Source: Desulfocapsa sulfexigens DSM 10523 (lineage in GTDB: Bacteria > Desulfobacterota > Desulfobulbia > Desulfobulbales > Desulfocapsaceae). From it: a stretch of DNA of 32,000 bases. The position numbers and the translations under genes were made by a program. The notes beneath the pieces are model-generated. The model searched no databases and was not told the origin of the DNA. It saw nothing but the letters and a program-made list of their open reading frames with translations. Below, piece by piece: positions 1 to 10,111 of the stretch (position 1 is the stretch's first letter; each line of letters opens with the position of its first letter). The stretch is taken from assembly GCF_000341395.1 (NCBI RefSeq), contig NC_020304.1:3630001-3662000 (forward strand). The letters run 5' to 3'.

Positions 1-3
1 CTT

Positions 4-1932
4 ATGGAACTCAACGCCAACATCCCCTCCGGCCCCTTAGCTGAAAAATGGGACAACCATCGTTTTTCCTCAAAACTTGTCAATCCTGCCAATCGCAGGA
101 AGTATAGAATTATCGTTGTGGGGACAGGCCTTGCCGGGGCCTCAGCTTCAGCAACTCTAGCAGAACAGGGCTATGAAGTGAGTACCTTCTGTATCCAGGA
201 CAGCCCGAGACGTGCCCACTCCATTGCGGCCCAGGGCGGCATTAATGCCGCCAAGAACTACCAGAATGATGGTGATTCCATTCAACGCCTCTTCTACGAT
301 ACCATTAAAGGTGGAGATTTCAGATCCCGTGAAGCCAATGTGTACAGGCTGGCTCAGGTCAGTAATAACATCATTGATCAGTGTGTTGCTCAGGGAGTTC
401 CTTTTGCCCGGGAATACGGCGGGACTCTCGCCAACAGGTCGTTTGGAGGGGCACAGGTTTCACGAACCTTTTATGCACGCGGCCAGACCGGCCAGCAGCT
501 TCTGCTTGGTGCCTATTCAGCACTTTCCCGGCAGATAAAAAATGGCAAGGTTACCATGCACACCCGACAGGAGATGATGGATCTGGTTCTTGTTGATGGC
601 AAAGCGCGTGGTATCGTCACACGTGACATCATCAGTGGCAAACTTTCAAGCCATTCAGCAGATGCTGTAATCCTTGCCACTGGAGGGTACGGTAACGCCT
701 ATTTTCTTTCCACCAATGCCATGGCTTCGAACGTGACAGCTGCATGGCGAGCACATAAGAAGGGTGCCGGTTTTGCCAACCCCTGTTTTGTCCAGATCCA
801 CCCAACCTGCATTCCGGTTCATGGCCACTTTCAATCGAAACTGACCCTAATGAGTGAAAGTCTTCGCAATGACGGTCGTGTCTGGGTTCCTAAGAAACCC
901 GGAGATAGCAGAAGACCTGGATCAATACCGGAGGAAGAACGCGACTACTATCTTGAAAGCAAGTATCCGAGTTTTGGAAATCTTGTTCCGCGTGACGTTG
1001 CTTCGAGAAACGCAAAAGAACAGTGCGACGAAGGAAAAGGTGTCGGTACAACCAACCTTGCTGTTTACCTCGATTTTGCTGAGGCTATCCAGCGTGACGG
1101 AAAAGCCACCATCCTTAAGAAATATGGCAACCTTTTCCAGATGTATGAAAAGATCACAGCCTCTAACCCACTGCATGAGCCCATGATGATCTACCCCGCT
1201 GTTCATTACACCATGGGTGGGTTGTGGGTCGACTACAATCTGATGACCACCATCCCTGGGTTGTTCGCCATCGGGGAATGTAATTTTTCCGATCATGGTG
1301 CAAATCGCCTTGGTGCCAGTGCCCTGATGCAGGGCTTAGCCGATGGTTATTTTATTGTTGGAACTTGTATTGCAAATTATCTTGGTTCCAACCCTCTCGC
1401 TACGGTGGAAGCCTCTGAACAGCCATTTACTGAGGCACTGAAACAGGTTCAAGCCAACATCGCCAGGCTCCTGAAAAGCAGTGAAGGTGGCCCGGAAGGA
1501 AAACTAACCGTCGATGAAATTCATAAGGAGCTTGGACTTCTTCTCTGGGATCATTGCGGCATGGCCAGAAATAAGGAAGGTCTGGAAAAAGCGCTCAAAG
1601 AACTGCCTCTCATACAGAAAAAATTTTGGGATACCGTGTATATTCCTGGTACCGGTGAAGAACTCAATCAATCTCTTGAACGCGCCGGGCGACTTGCAGA
1701 TTTTCTGGAATTTGCCGAAATTATGATTCGCGATGCACTGGCTCGTGAAGAATCCTGTGGCTGTCACCTCCGTGAAGAGAGCCAGACTGAAGAAAATGAG
1801 GCAAAACGTGATGATGCCGGATACAGTCATGTTTCAGTGTGGGAACATATGGGGGATGGTGAAGAACCGACTCTCCATAAAGAAGACCTGATTTTTGAAA
1901 ACGTTACTCCAAGCCAGCGAAGTTATAAATAA
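4..1932 (+). CDS. sdhA: Succinate dehydrogenase/fumarate reductase flavoprotein subunit
   Basis: 642-aa ORF. N-terminal FAD dinucleotide-binding motif [40 protein letters not shown], and conserved [24 protein letters not shown] and [16 protein letters not shown] segments. Followed directly by an iron-sulfur subunit. Confidence 0.96.
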   Translation: MELNANIPSGPLAEKWDNHRFSSKLVNPANRRKYRIIVVGTGLAGASASATLAEQGYEVSTFCIQDSPRRAHSIAAQGGINAAKNYQNDGDSIQRLFYDTIKGGDFRSREANVYRLAQVSNNIIDQCVAQGVPFAREYGGTLANRSFGGAQVSRTFYARGQTGQQLLLGAYSALSRQIKNGKVTMHTRQEMMDLVLVDGKARGIVTRDIISGKLSSHSADAVILATGGYGNAYFLSTNAMASNVTAAWRAHKKGAGFANPCFVQIHPTCIPVHGHFQSKLTLMSESLRNDGRVWVPKKPGDSRRPGSIPEEERDYYLESKYPSFGNLVPRDVASRNAKEQCDEGKGVGTTNLAVYLDFAEAIQRDGKATILKKYGNLFQMYEKITASNPLHEPMMIYPAVHYTMGGLWVDYNLMTTIPGLFAIGECNFSDHGANRLGASALMQGLADGYFIVGTCIANYLGSNPLATVEASEQPFTEALKQVQANIARLLKSSEGGPEGKLTVDEIHKELGLLLWDHCGMARNKEGLEKALKELPLIQKKFWDTVYIPGTGEELNQSLERAGRLADFLEFAEIMIRDALAREESCGCHLREESQTEENEAKRDDAGYSHVSVWEHMGDGEEPTLHKEDLIFENVTPSQRSYK

Positions 1933-1944
1933 TAGAGAATTATT

Positions 1945-2703
1945 ATGTCCATAGATACCATAGACCTCAGCCTTGAAATCTGGCGCCAGAAAGACTCCAA
2001 AGCAACTGGAAATTTTGAAACCTATGCCCTGCAAAACATCTCCACGGGTATGTCATTTCTGGAAATGCTCGATGTCCTGAATGAGAATCTCACCCGAGCA
2101 GGAAAAGACCCGGTAGCATTTGACCATGACTGCCGTGAAGGTATCTGTGGGATGTGTGGCGCTGTGATCAACGGCGTCGCCCATGGCCCTGAGCCAGAGA
2201 CTACCCTCTGCCAGCTTCATATGCGCCACTTCAAAACTGGTGACACACTGGTCATAGAACCCTTCAGGTCACGTGCTTTTCCAATCCGGAAAGATCTCAT
2301 TACAGATCGTAGTGCTCTCGACAGAATCATTCAGGCGGGTGGCTATGTCTCCGTAAACACCGGGGGAACCCCGGATGGTAATACTATCCCCATCCCCTCT
2401 GCTACTGCAGAACTTGCAATGGATGCAGCTTCCTGTATTGGCTGTGGTGCCTGCGTTGCTAGTTGCCCAAATGGGGCGGCCATGCTCTTCACAGGTGCAA
2501 AGATCTCCCAGCTCTGCCTTTTACCTCAGGGCCAGCCGGAACGGACTGAACGTGCATTAGCCATGGTAAAAGCCATGGACACCGAAGGATTTGGAAATTG
2601 TACCAATGAACGTGAATGTGAGGCGGTCTGTCCCAAGGGGATTTCAATTAGAAACATTGCCAGAATGAACAAGGAATTTGTCAAGGCAACATTTTTCGGA
2701 TAA
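1945..2703 (+). CDS. sdhB: Succinate dehydrogenase/fumarate reductase iron-sulfur subunit
   Basis: 252-aa ORF. Plant-type 2Fe-2S motif [10 protein letters not shown]...C, then [12 protein letters not shown] and [15 protein letters not shown] cluster motifs; 12 bp downstream of sdhA. Confidence 0.95.
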   Translation: MSIDTIDLSLEIWRQKDSKATGNFETYALQNISTGMSFLEMLDVLNENLTRAGKDPVAFDHDCREGICGMCGAVINGVAHGPEPETTLCQLHMRHFKTGDTLVIEPFRSRAFPIRKDLITDRSALDRIIQAGGYVSVNTGGTPDGNTIPIPSATAELAMDAASCIGCGACVASCPNGAAMLFTGAKISQLCLLPQGQPERTERALAMVKAMDTEGFGNCTNERECEAVCPKGISIRNIARMNKEFVKATFFG

Positions 2704-2708
2704 AATAT

Positions 2709-3242
2709 TCAATTCGACTCCTCACCTATCAGCAGACATCCCCCTCCATTAGAAAATGCAGGGGGATCATTACTTACACTGAAATCAAAAAAGTTAAGTC
2801 CGAATGAAATATCAGTAAGTACCAGAGGAATCTGCGGGTACTCCAAACGCAAAAATTCACTCAATTCAAAAATCTGCAGATTGTTACGCCCGGTGAATAC
2901 CTTGGCCGGACGATAACTATGTGAGAGGAAAAAGCTGAATTTCCGTGGTTTTTTATAACCCTCGACGATTACTCCATTCAATCGTATTGAAAGACGATTT
3001 TCACATTCAAATATCTGCTGCGTAGCAATTTCAGCCAACAGGATGTTCCCTTGAAGAGGCTTGCTGGTACGAACATCGTCCACATAGTCAACAGGCAATA
3101 CCACCATTCCATCCGGCATATAAAACGAGGCGATCTCGCTCAAAGCCTCAATAAAGTCATCGGAAATCTGTTGGGCTTGCATATCTTTCCTTACTGCATA
3201 ATCAAAGGGTGATTCAAGATTCACACTTTCCTCTCTTGACAC
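2709..3242 (-). CDS. Hypothetical protein (~177 aa), family not recognised
   Basis: Single long ORF of 177 codons without competing ORFs, convergent with sdhB. No motif recognised; the start may be internal (MQAQQ...). Confidence 0.6.
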   Translation of the reverse strand: MSREESVNLESPFDYAVRKDMQAQQISDDFIEALSEIASFYMPDGMVVLPVDYVDDVRTSKPLQGNILLAEIATQQIFECENRLSIRLNGVIVEGYKKPRKFSFFLSHSYRPAKVFTGRNNLQIFELSEFLRLEYPQIPLVLTDISFGLNFFDFSVSNDPPAFSNGGGCLLIGEESN

Positions 3243-3513
3243 CTCAGTAGAAGCAAAATGAAAAAATCATCAGGGCATTGCTTTTTTTAGTGTAATTACT
3301 TTTATACGATTTGCCTGTTTCGTAATCACTATAGCGTGGATAAAACAGCTATATGAAGTATATAATCATAAAATCCAATCCAATCACAGAGTCTTCATTC
3401 CTCTATGCGAGCAGATGAGGAGTTTTTTTTTACTAATTGGCCTGATATTATTAAGATGTTATCCTGTGGTGGATTAAAACAGTTATTCTATTTTTTTTCA
3501 GGCTTACTAAAAA

Positions 3514-4545
3514 ATGCGTGTTCATACTCTAATCATAGGTGGCGGCCCCGGTGGACTTGCATGCGCAAAAGTCCTGGCCGATGCAGGTATAGATACCCTT
3601 GTCCTTGAACGAAAACAGACCATTGGCCCCAAGGTTTGTGCCGGAGGAATCACCTGGAGTGGATTAATCAGCCGTGTCCCTGAAGACCTTGCTGAAAAAA
3701 GTTTCCCACTTCAACATATTAAAACACCTCTCCAAAGTACCTGTATACAAGAAGAGATTCCCATTATTGCCACAGTAAACCGTGAACGACTCGGACAATA
3801 TATGGCACGACTTGCAACCGATGCTGGCGCCGAAATTCGTACCGGAGTCATGGTACGAAGTGTTTCAGAGGGCTCTGTCAAAATTCAGGACAGGACAAAC
3901 CTCAGGCTGGACACAATACATTTCGACAATTTAGTTGGGGCGGATGGCTCAAGTTCTCTGGTACGGCGACATCTTGGCATTCCATGCGAGCAGCTTGGCA
4001 TAGGGATAAATTATCAACTCCCTGGTGATGTAGTTAAAATGGAATGGCATCTCAACAATCGACTCTTTGGCAACGGCTATGCGTGGATTTTTCCGCACAG
4101 AAAAACCGTTTCCATAGGTGCCTATGCCGACCGGAAAACCATGGGTCCAGGTAAACTCAAGACAAACCTCATTACCTGGGCTGCCGGGCAGGGATTTTCT
4201 CTGAAGCAACACTCCGCTAAAGCTGAATATATTAACTTTGATTTCCAGGGATGGAATTTCGGTCATATATTCCTTGCCGGTGATGCAGCTGGTCTCGCCT
4301 CGGGACTCACCGGAGAAGGAATATACCCTGCTATAATTTCCGGTGAACAGATCGCCCACACGATCATCAATCCCGATCACAGTCCTGCTGTTATGAACAG
4401 GTTGATTGCTAACCATGACAAACACAGGCGAATGGTTGCAATAAGCGGCAAAAGCGGGTTGTTCAACTCCCTGCTCGCAGAAGTGGTGACACTGGGCCTG
4501 CGATCAGGTATGATAAAATTCAGCAAACTTGAAATGGCTGTTTGA
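3514..4545 (+). CDS. Geranylgeranyl reductase family FAD-dependent oxidoreductase
   Basis: 343-aa ORF. FAD motif TLIIGGGPGGLACAKVLADAGIDTLVLERK, KVCAGGITWSGL, and GHIFLAGDAAGLASGLTGEGIYPAIISG, characteristic of the family. Confidence 0.88.
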   Translation: MRVHTLIIGGGPGGLACAKVLADAGIDTLVLERKQTIGPKVCAGGITWSGLISRVPEDLAEKSFPLQHIKTPLQSTCIQEEIPIIATVNRERLGQYMARLATDAGAEIRTGVMVRSVSEGSVKIQDRTNLRLDTIHFDNLVGADGSSSLVRRHLGIPCEQLGIGINYQLPGDVVKMEWHLNNRLFGNGYAWIFPHRKTVSIGAYADRKTMGPGKLKTNLITWAAGQGFSLKQHSAKAEYINFDFQGWNFGHIFLAGDAAGLASGLTGEGIYPAIISGEQIAHTIINPDHSPAVMNRLIANHDKHRRMVAISGKSGLFNSLLAEVVTLGLRSGMIKFSKLEMAV

Positions 4546-4648
4546 ACAGACTAACTCCTTATTTGGCGCTAACCAGTGTTAGCAGGTCTATTCAACTTCA
4601 GCAGACTAAAAAGGTTATCAACCCCTTCCAGCACACTATCAAACCATC

Positions 4649-4915
4649 ATGACTCCACCCAAAAAAAACAACTCTCTTCTTATAAATATAGCCTTCGTGG
4701 GAGTGGCAGTGGGCCTGCTTGCATTTCTCCTGAGAGCTCCCGAAATCACCACCCCAAAGCTTCCCCACGACGACGAACACGAACGTTTTTTTGCCATGAA
4801 GAAAAAAACAGCCGGAAAAATATGTGTAGAATGCCACAGTCCCGAAGGCGTTTACCCACTCCCAGAAGACCATCCACCAAAGTACCGCTGTTTATTCTGC
4901 CATAGAAGAGATTAA
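4649..4915 (+). CDS. Small membrane-anchored protein with two CxxCH motifs (putative diheme cytochrome c-like)
   Basis: 88 aa: N-terminal hydrophobic helix (LLINIAFVGVAVGLLAFLL), then KICVECHSPEGVYPLPEDHPPKYRCLFCHRRD. The overlapping ORF 4576..4905 lacks such features. Confidence 0.7.
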   Translation: MTPPKKNNSLLINIAFVGVAVGLLAFLLRAPEITTPKLPHDDEHERFFAMKKKTAGKICVECHSPEGVYPLPEDHPPKYRCLFCHRRD

Positions 4916-4927
4916 ATGAAGCCTCTA

Positions 4928-7555
4928 TCAAGTATCCAGGCTTCTTCGCACCATCTCAAACACATCGCCTGAAAGTCCCTCCTTCTCAGCAATACGCTGT
5001 AGCTGCGCTTTCATTAACTTCTGCCGGACTGTGTCATATCGTTTCCACGTCGAAAACGGTGTGGTCAATCGTGAAGCGATCTGAGGGTTGCGCGAATCCA
5101 GGTCGATAATCTGATCAGCCAGAAAACAATACCCCTCCCCCTTCGAATTGTGAAAAGCAACATGATTACCACCGAAGGCACCTATAAGAGAACGTACCTT
5201 ATTGGGATTGGAGATAGAAAATGCAGGGTGATGCATCAAATCCTTAACCGATGCAAGTGTGGATGGCAGGCTTGAGCTGGCCTGAAGGATAAGCCACTTA
5301 TCCATGACCAGCACATCATCCTTCCATTTTTCATAGAAATTCTGAAGTAGTTCCCCGCGTTCAGGGATATCACAGTGACTCATGGCCGAGAGGACGGCAA
5401 TGACATCGGTCATATTATTGCCATTCTCATACTGTTCCATGGCCATATCCACGTCACTCTGGTCAGGTCGCTCCCCTGCAAGCAAATAGGAAAGAGCGAC
5501 GTTTTGCAACCGTCTCCGGCCCATTGCTTCAGATGTCAGTTCATACTCTCCTCTGTTTGTATTTCCCTCCCAAACCGCTCTGAATTCCGCCTGAAGGAGA
5601 TTAGCCAGTTCCCGGCGGACAAACCTTCTGGCGAGATGCAGATTGTCAGGATCGATCACCTTCATCTGCTGGGCAAGATAATTTTCCTCAGGCAAACTAA
5701 GTGCCATTCCAAGTAGCGATTTATCACTTTCCCTATCCGTCAGTATTCGTCTCACGGCATCAATAAATAACGGGTCAAGAACCGCCTGGCGATTCTGCTG
5801 CAGGACACTGGTGAGTTCCAGGATCACAGATTCACTGAGACGAAATGATGCATCCCAGCGATTAAAAGGATCGGAATCGTTGGCCATAAGAAAGGCAAGC
5901 TGTTCACGGCTCTGCCATGGTTCGACTTTCACCGGAGCCGAAAATCCACGCAGCAGCGAAAGAACCGGTTTTTCATGAATCCCCTCAAACGTGAAGGTTT
6001 CTTCCGCGCTTTTCAGCTCCAGTAGCGCGTTTTTTAGCTCCATATCATTGCCATTGCTGTCAAGAAGCCCAAAGGATATTGGGATGTGAAAAGCTTTTTT
6101 ATCTTCCATACTTTGACTTGGCGTGGAGGGACAGCGCTGGGAAAGTGTTACCTTGTACCGTTGCCCTTCAACGTCCCATTCTTCGGTGACTGTAAGCTCG
6201 GGTGTCCCCGCCTGGCTATACCAGAGTTTGAATTGATCAAGATCAACGTCGGAGGCTGTTGCCATGGCTGATACAAAATCATCACAGGTCACCGCCTGAC
6301 CGTCGTGCCGCTTAAAATACAGATCAATCCCTTTGCGGAAATCTTCAGCCCCAAGCAGAGTGTGCATCATACGGATAACCTCAGCACCCTTATTGTACAC
6401 GGTCACGGTATAAAAATTATTAATCTCCAGATAGGAATCAGGCCGGACAGAATGAGCCATGGGGCCTGAGTCCTCACGAAACTGAAAACTGCGCAGGACG
6501 CGAACATCTTCAATTCGCTGGACTGGTCGAGAATTCATGTCAGATGAAAACTCCTGATCCCGAAATACGGTAAGGCCTTCCTTCAGACTGAGCTGGAACC
6601 AGTCCCGGCAGGTTACCCTGTTGCCGGTCCAGTTATGAAAATATTCATGGGCTATCACCCCTTCCACACCAAGATAATCCTGATCCGTTGCCGTCTCGGG
6701 GCTTGCCAGGACATATTTGGAATTAAAGACATTGAGCCCCTTATTCTCCATGGCACCCATATTGAAATCGTCGACCGCAACTATCATATAGGTATCCAGA
6801 TCATATTCAAGACCGAACACCTCTTCATCCCAGGCCATACTTTTCTTGAGAGAGGTCATGGCGTGACCGCATTTTTCACGATTTTTTGCCTCCACGTAGA
6901 TGCGCAGATCAATCCTGCGCCCGGAGCATGTTGTGAATTCATCCTGGATAAAAATAAGATCCCCAGCCACAAGGGCAAAGAGATAACACGGTTTAGGGAA
7001 AGGATCCTCCCATACTGCAAAATGACGGCCGCCTTCAAGCATCCCCTCTTCGACAAGATTCCCGTTTGACAGAAGAACCGGGCAATCGACAATATCACCT
7101 TCGATACGAGTAACAAACCGTGCCATAACATCGGGCCTGTCGAGATAATAGGTTATCTTACGAAAGCCCTCCGCCTCGCACTGGGTACAGAAGTTACCGC
7201 TGGAACGATATAATCCTTCAAGCGCTGTGTTTTTGTCGGGGTAGATCCTGGTACTGACCTCAAGAACAAAGCTATCCGGCATATCAATAAGAACCATGCC
7301 TTTTCCCTCGAGTCGATACCGGGAGGCAGGCAATTCGCTTCCATCTACTGCCACAAAGAGCAACTCGAGATTTTCACCATTGAGGAAAAGCTCATTACTG
7401 TTGCTCTTCGCTTCTTGATTCCTCTGAAAAACAGATTTCGCCTTCACCACACAATCTTTTTTCCCTAGTATAAAATTCAGGTTGAGATCAGTTATAAGAA
7501 AATCTGGTACCCGATAGTCCTTGCGATAAATAGTTGAATGCTCAGTGTTTGACAT
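4928..7555 (-). CDS. pepN: Aminopeptidase N (M1 metallopeptidase, E. coli PepN type)
   Basis: 875-aa ORF containing GAMENKGLNVFN (GAMEN exopeptidase motif) and VIAHEYFHNWTGNRVTCRDWFQLSLKEGLTVFRDQEFSSD (HExxH-18-E zinc site). Confidence 0.96.
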   Translation of the reverse strand: MSNTEHSTIYRKDYRVPDFLITDLNLNFILGKKDCVVKAKSVFQRNQEAKSNSNELFLNGENLELLFVAVDGSELPASRYRLEGKGMVLIDMPDSFVLEVSTRIYPDKNTALEGLYRSSGNFCTQCEAEGFRKITYYLDRPDVMARFVTRIEGDIVDCPVLLSNGNLVEEGMLEGGRHFAVWEDPFPKPCYLFALVAGDLIFIQDEFTTCSGRRIDLRIYVEAKNREKCGHAMTSLKKSMAWDEEVFGLEYDLDTYMIVAVDDFNMGAMENKGLNVFNSKYVLASPETATDQDYLGVEGVIAHEYFHNWTGNRVTCRDWFQLSLKEGLTVFRDQEFSSDMNSRPVQRIEDVRVLRSFQFREDSGPMAHSVRPDSYLEINNFYTVTVYNKGAEVIRMMHTLLGAEDFRKGIDLYFKRHDGQAVTCDDFVSAMATASDVDLDQFKLWYSQAGTPELTVTEEWDVEGQRYKVTLSQRCPSTPSQSMEDKKAFHIPISFGLLDSNGNDMELKNALLELKSAEETFTFEGIHEKPVLSLLRGFSAPVKVEPWQSREQLAFLMANDSDPFNRWDASFRLSESVILELTSVLQQNRQAVLDPLFIDAVRRILTDRESDKSLLGMALSLPEENYLAQQMKVIDPDNLHLARRFVRRELANLLQAEFRAVWEGNTNRGEYELTSEAMGRRRLQNVALSYLLAGERPDQSDVDMAMEQYENGNNMTDVIAVLSAMSHCDIPERGELLQNFYEKWKDDVLVMDKWLILQASSSLPSTLASVKDLMHHPAFSISNPNKVRSLIGAFGGNHVAFHNSKGEGYCFLADQIIDLDSRNPQIASRLTTPFSTWKRYDTVRQKLMKAQLQRIAEKEGLSGDVFEMVRRSLDT

Positions 7556-7593
7556 TTTTTCCCTTGGTTCCTGTTAGAAAAGGTTTGTTGCCG

Positions 7594-7622
7594 TTGACAG
7601 CGGCTCCTTTCCAGTATATTTT
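7594..7622 (+). promoter_or_regulatory. Putative sigma70-type promoter upstream of dapL
   Basis: TTGACA at 7594-7599, with TATATT at 7615-7620 (15-nt spacer) or TATTTT at 7617-7622 (17-nt spacer). It lies ~65 bp upstream of the dapL ATG. Confidence 0.45.
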
Positions 7623-7686
7623 CCGACGACTTAATGAAAAGTATCTCCATATTCATTCACCATATCAAACTTGAGGCAATAATCCC

Positions 7687-8910
7687 ATGATCAAGATCAA
7701 CGAACATTATCTTAAACTTCAGGCATCCTATCTTTTTTCTAATATTGCAAAAAAGGTTGGTGAATTTCAAAAATCAAATCCTGACAAAGAAATCATTCGC
7801 CTTGGTATTGGTGACGTTACCCGTGCCTTGCCCCAGGCTTGCACCGAAGCATTTCACAAAGCCGTGGATGAAATGGCTGCAGATTCAAGTTTTCGTGGCT
7901 ATGGCCCTGAGCAGGGATATGATTTTCTCCGTGAAGCCATTGTAAAAAATGATTTTCAGTCGCGCGGTGCTGATATTGCAGCCGATGAGATCTTTGTCAG
8001 TGATGGTGCAAAATGTGATACCGGCAACATTCAGGAACTGTTTACTCAGGATGCCAGAATCGCTATCCCGGACCCTGTTTACCCCGTTTACCTCGACACC
8101 AATGTCATGGCTGGACGAACCGGAAATTTCGAAGATGGAAGATATAAGGGAATTGTCTATCTTGATGCTACGAAAGAGAACAACTATGTGCCCGGCCTGC
8201 CTGAAGAGAAAGTGGATCTCATCTACATGTGCTTTCCCAACAATCCCACCGGGTCCACCATAACTAAAGCGGAACTTCAAACATGGGTCGATTATGCAAG
8301 AGAAAATCAGGCCCTGATTCTTTTCGATGCGGCCTATGAAGCATTTATTCGTGACGAGTCCCTGCCAAAGTCCATTTATGAAATTGAGGGCGCTAAAGAA
8401 GTAGCTATAGAATTCAGATCGTTCTCCAAAAGTGCCGGATTCACCGGAACTCGCTGTGCCTACACGGTGGTTCCGAAGGAATGCACAGCTTACGATGCCA
8501 GGGGCGGCAAGCAGGCTATTCATCCATTGTGGAACCGTCGCCACTGTACCAAGTTCAATGGCGTTTCCTATCCTGTGCAGCGGGCAGCCGAGGCTGTTTA
8601 CAGTGAAGCTGGAAAAACACAGGCAAAAGAACTGGTTACAGGATATTTAAAGAATGCCGATCTTATTGCATCGGAGATTAAAAACCTTGGCTATGATTTT
8701 GTCGGGGGTGACAACTCTCCATACATCTGGATTGAAGCAAAGCGTGACTCCTGGGAGTTCTTTGACATGCTTCTTGATAAGGCAGGAGTGGTCTGTACCC
8801 CGGGAGCCGGATTTGGAAAATGCGGAGAGGGATATATCAGACTGTCTGCATTTAATTCCTACGCAAATGTGGAAAAAGCAATGGCCAGGATTAAAAAAGC
8901 TCTGGCATAA
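7687..8910 (+). CDS. dapL: LL-diaminopimelate aminotransferase
   Basis: 407-aa ORF: [29 protein letters not shown]...[17 protein letters not shown]; [17 protein letters not shown]; [21 protein letters not shown] (PLP lysine region). Confidence 0.95.
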   Translation: MIKINEHYLKLQASYLFSNIAKKVGEFQKSNPDKEIIRLGIGDVTRALPQACTEAFHKAVDEMAADSSFRGYGPEQGYDFLREAIVKNDFQSRGADIAADEIFVSDGAKCDTGNIQELFTQDARIAIPDPVYPVYLDTNVMAGRTGNFEDGRYKGIVYLDATKENNYVPGLPEEKVDLIYMCFPNNPTGSTITKAELQTWVDYARENQALILFDAAYEAFIRDESLPKSIYEIEGAKEVAIEFRSFSKSAGFTGTRCAYTVVPKECTAYDARGGKQAIHPLWNRRHCTKFNGVSYPVQRAAEAVYSEAGKTQAKELVTGYLKNADLIASEIKNLGYDFVGGDNSPYIWIEAKRDSWEFFDMLLDKAGVVCTPGAGFGKCGEGYIRLSAFNSYANVEKAMARIKKALA

Positions 8911-8919
8911 CTCCTTTTA

Positions 8920-8955
8920 CCTTCGTACTCCAGGAGATTCCCCGGAGTACGAAGG
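8920..8955. other. Hairpin between the convergent dapL and ispH genes
   Basis: CCTTCGTACTCC (8920-8931) / GGAGTACGAAGG (8944-8955), 12-bp perfect stem with a 12-nt loop; no adjacent T tract on either strand. Confidence 0.45.
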
Positions 8956-8973
8956 GTAATGGATTTCGTATGC

Positions 8974-9909
8974 CTATTTTTTTTCAAGTGTTGCAGGTTT
9001 AAAAATCAGTTTTTCCTCCTTCCCCTCCATCTCCTGAAAAGCGTTAAAGCCCTGTGTCTGCAAAAATTTAATCACATCCTGAACCAACCGTTCCGGAGCA
9101 GAGGCTCCGGCAGTGATACAGATTGTAGATACACCTTTCAGCCACTTCATTTCAATATCAGATTCGTCATCAATAAGATAGCCACGCATTCCGGCCCGTT
9201 CGCCTACTTCTCGTAATCTGTTTGAATTGGAGCTGTTTTTGGATCCAACGACCAGCAGAATATCACAGCTTTCCCCAATCTTTCGCATGGCCTCCTGCCG
9301 ATTCAAGGTTGCATAACAGATATTTGACTTCTGTCCCTTTATATTTGGAAAACGACTCAGCAAAACATCCCGTATCCCAGCTATATCATTCTGACTGAGA
9401 GTCGTCTGAGTAACATAAGCCACTCGATCGGGATCCTGAACCTCAACCCCTCTGGCCTCATCTTCTGAAGCTACCACATGGACATTTCCTAGAACCCGTC
9501 CGGCAGTTCCTTCCACCTCGGGGTGATTATGATGACCGATAATCATGACATCGTAGCCATCGGCATAATACTTCTCCACCATATTATGCACGGACCAGAC
9601 CAGAGGACAGGTACCATCGATGGTTCGCAACCCAAGTGTTTTTGCCCGCATCTCGGTCTCAACAGATACCCCATGAGCACTGAAGATACAGATGGCCTTA
9701 CGAGGGATATCAACAAGATCATTTACAAAGATAACCCCCATGTTTTCAAGTTCCTGTACCACATGTTTGTTGTGGACGATTTCATGGAGTACATAAATAG
9801 GTGAACCATATTCCTTTACTGCCAGTTTGACCGTTGATATTGCCCGATCAACTCCTGCACAAAAACCACGTGGATTTGCCAAAACAATCTTCTTGTCTTT
9901 TTTTACCAT
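8974..9909 (-). CDS. ispH: 4-hydroxy-3-methylbut-2-enyl diphosphate reductase (IspH/LytB)
   Basis: 311-aa ORF: ANPRGFCAGVDRAI, VLHEIVHNKHVV, FSAHGVS, DGTCPLVWSVH, GHHNHPEVEGTAGR, CYATLNRQEA, GSKNSSNSNRLREV, TAGASAPERLV. Confidence 0.97.
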   Translation of the reverse strand: MVKKDKKIVLANPRGFCAGVDRAISTVKLAVKEYGSPIYVLHEIVHNKHVVQELENMGVIFVNDLVDIPRKAICIFSAHGVSVETEMRAKTLGLRTIDGTCPLVWSVHNMVEKYYADGYDVMIIGHHNHPEVEGTAGRVLGNVHVVASEDEARGVEVQDPDRVAYVTQTTLSQNDIAGIRDVLLSRFPNIKGQKSNICYATLNRQEAMRKIGESCDILLVVGSKNSSNSNRLREVGERAGMRGYLIDDESDIEMKWLKGVSTICITAGASAPERLVQDVIKFLQTQGFNAFQEMEGKEEKLIFKPATLEKK

Positions 9910-10111
9910 GACTTCCTCAATTTATACATTAACACCCTAACCATCTCTTTATTATAAAAAAAATCAACCACATTGTTCACTATTATTGATCAAACTTTTT
10001 TCCAATTTGTTTTTTATTTTGGATTTGACTTGATATCATATAGAGTTTAATAAGGTGCAGTATCTAGCAGGAATTCAGCAATTTCACCACTTCCAAAAAG
10101 GAAAATAATAT

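Noticed and set aside
922-1296. Minus-strand 124-aa ORF inside sdhA (also 212..538, 1504..1830, 1834..2034)
   Set aside because: Shadow ORFs lying entirely or almost entirely within well-supported sdhA codons; no recognisable domain.
4568-4583. GCTAAC-CAGT-GTTAGC hairpin after the GGR-family gene
   Set aside because: A real inverted repeat, but the stem is only 6 bp and there is no T tract; not enough to call a terminator.
4576-4905. 109-aa plus-strand ORF overlapping the two-CxxCH gene, and the 91-aa antisense ORF 4598..4873
   Set aside because: Composition is Ser/Arg/Pro-rich without domain features, whereas the 4649..4915 frame has a TM helix and paired CxxCH motifs.
10025-10053. TTGACT...TAATAA as a promoter for the Fe-ADH gene
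   Set aside because: The -35 is acceptable, but no -10 hexamer at normal spacing matches more than 3-4 positions; too weak to annotate.
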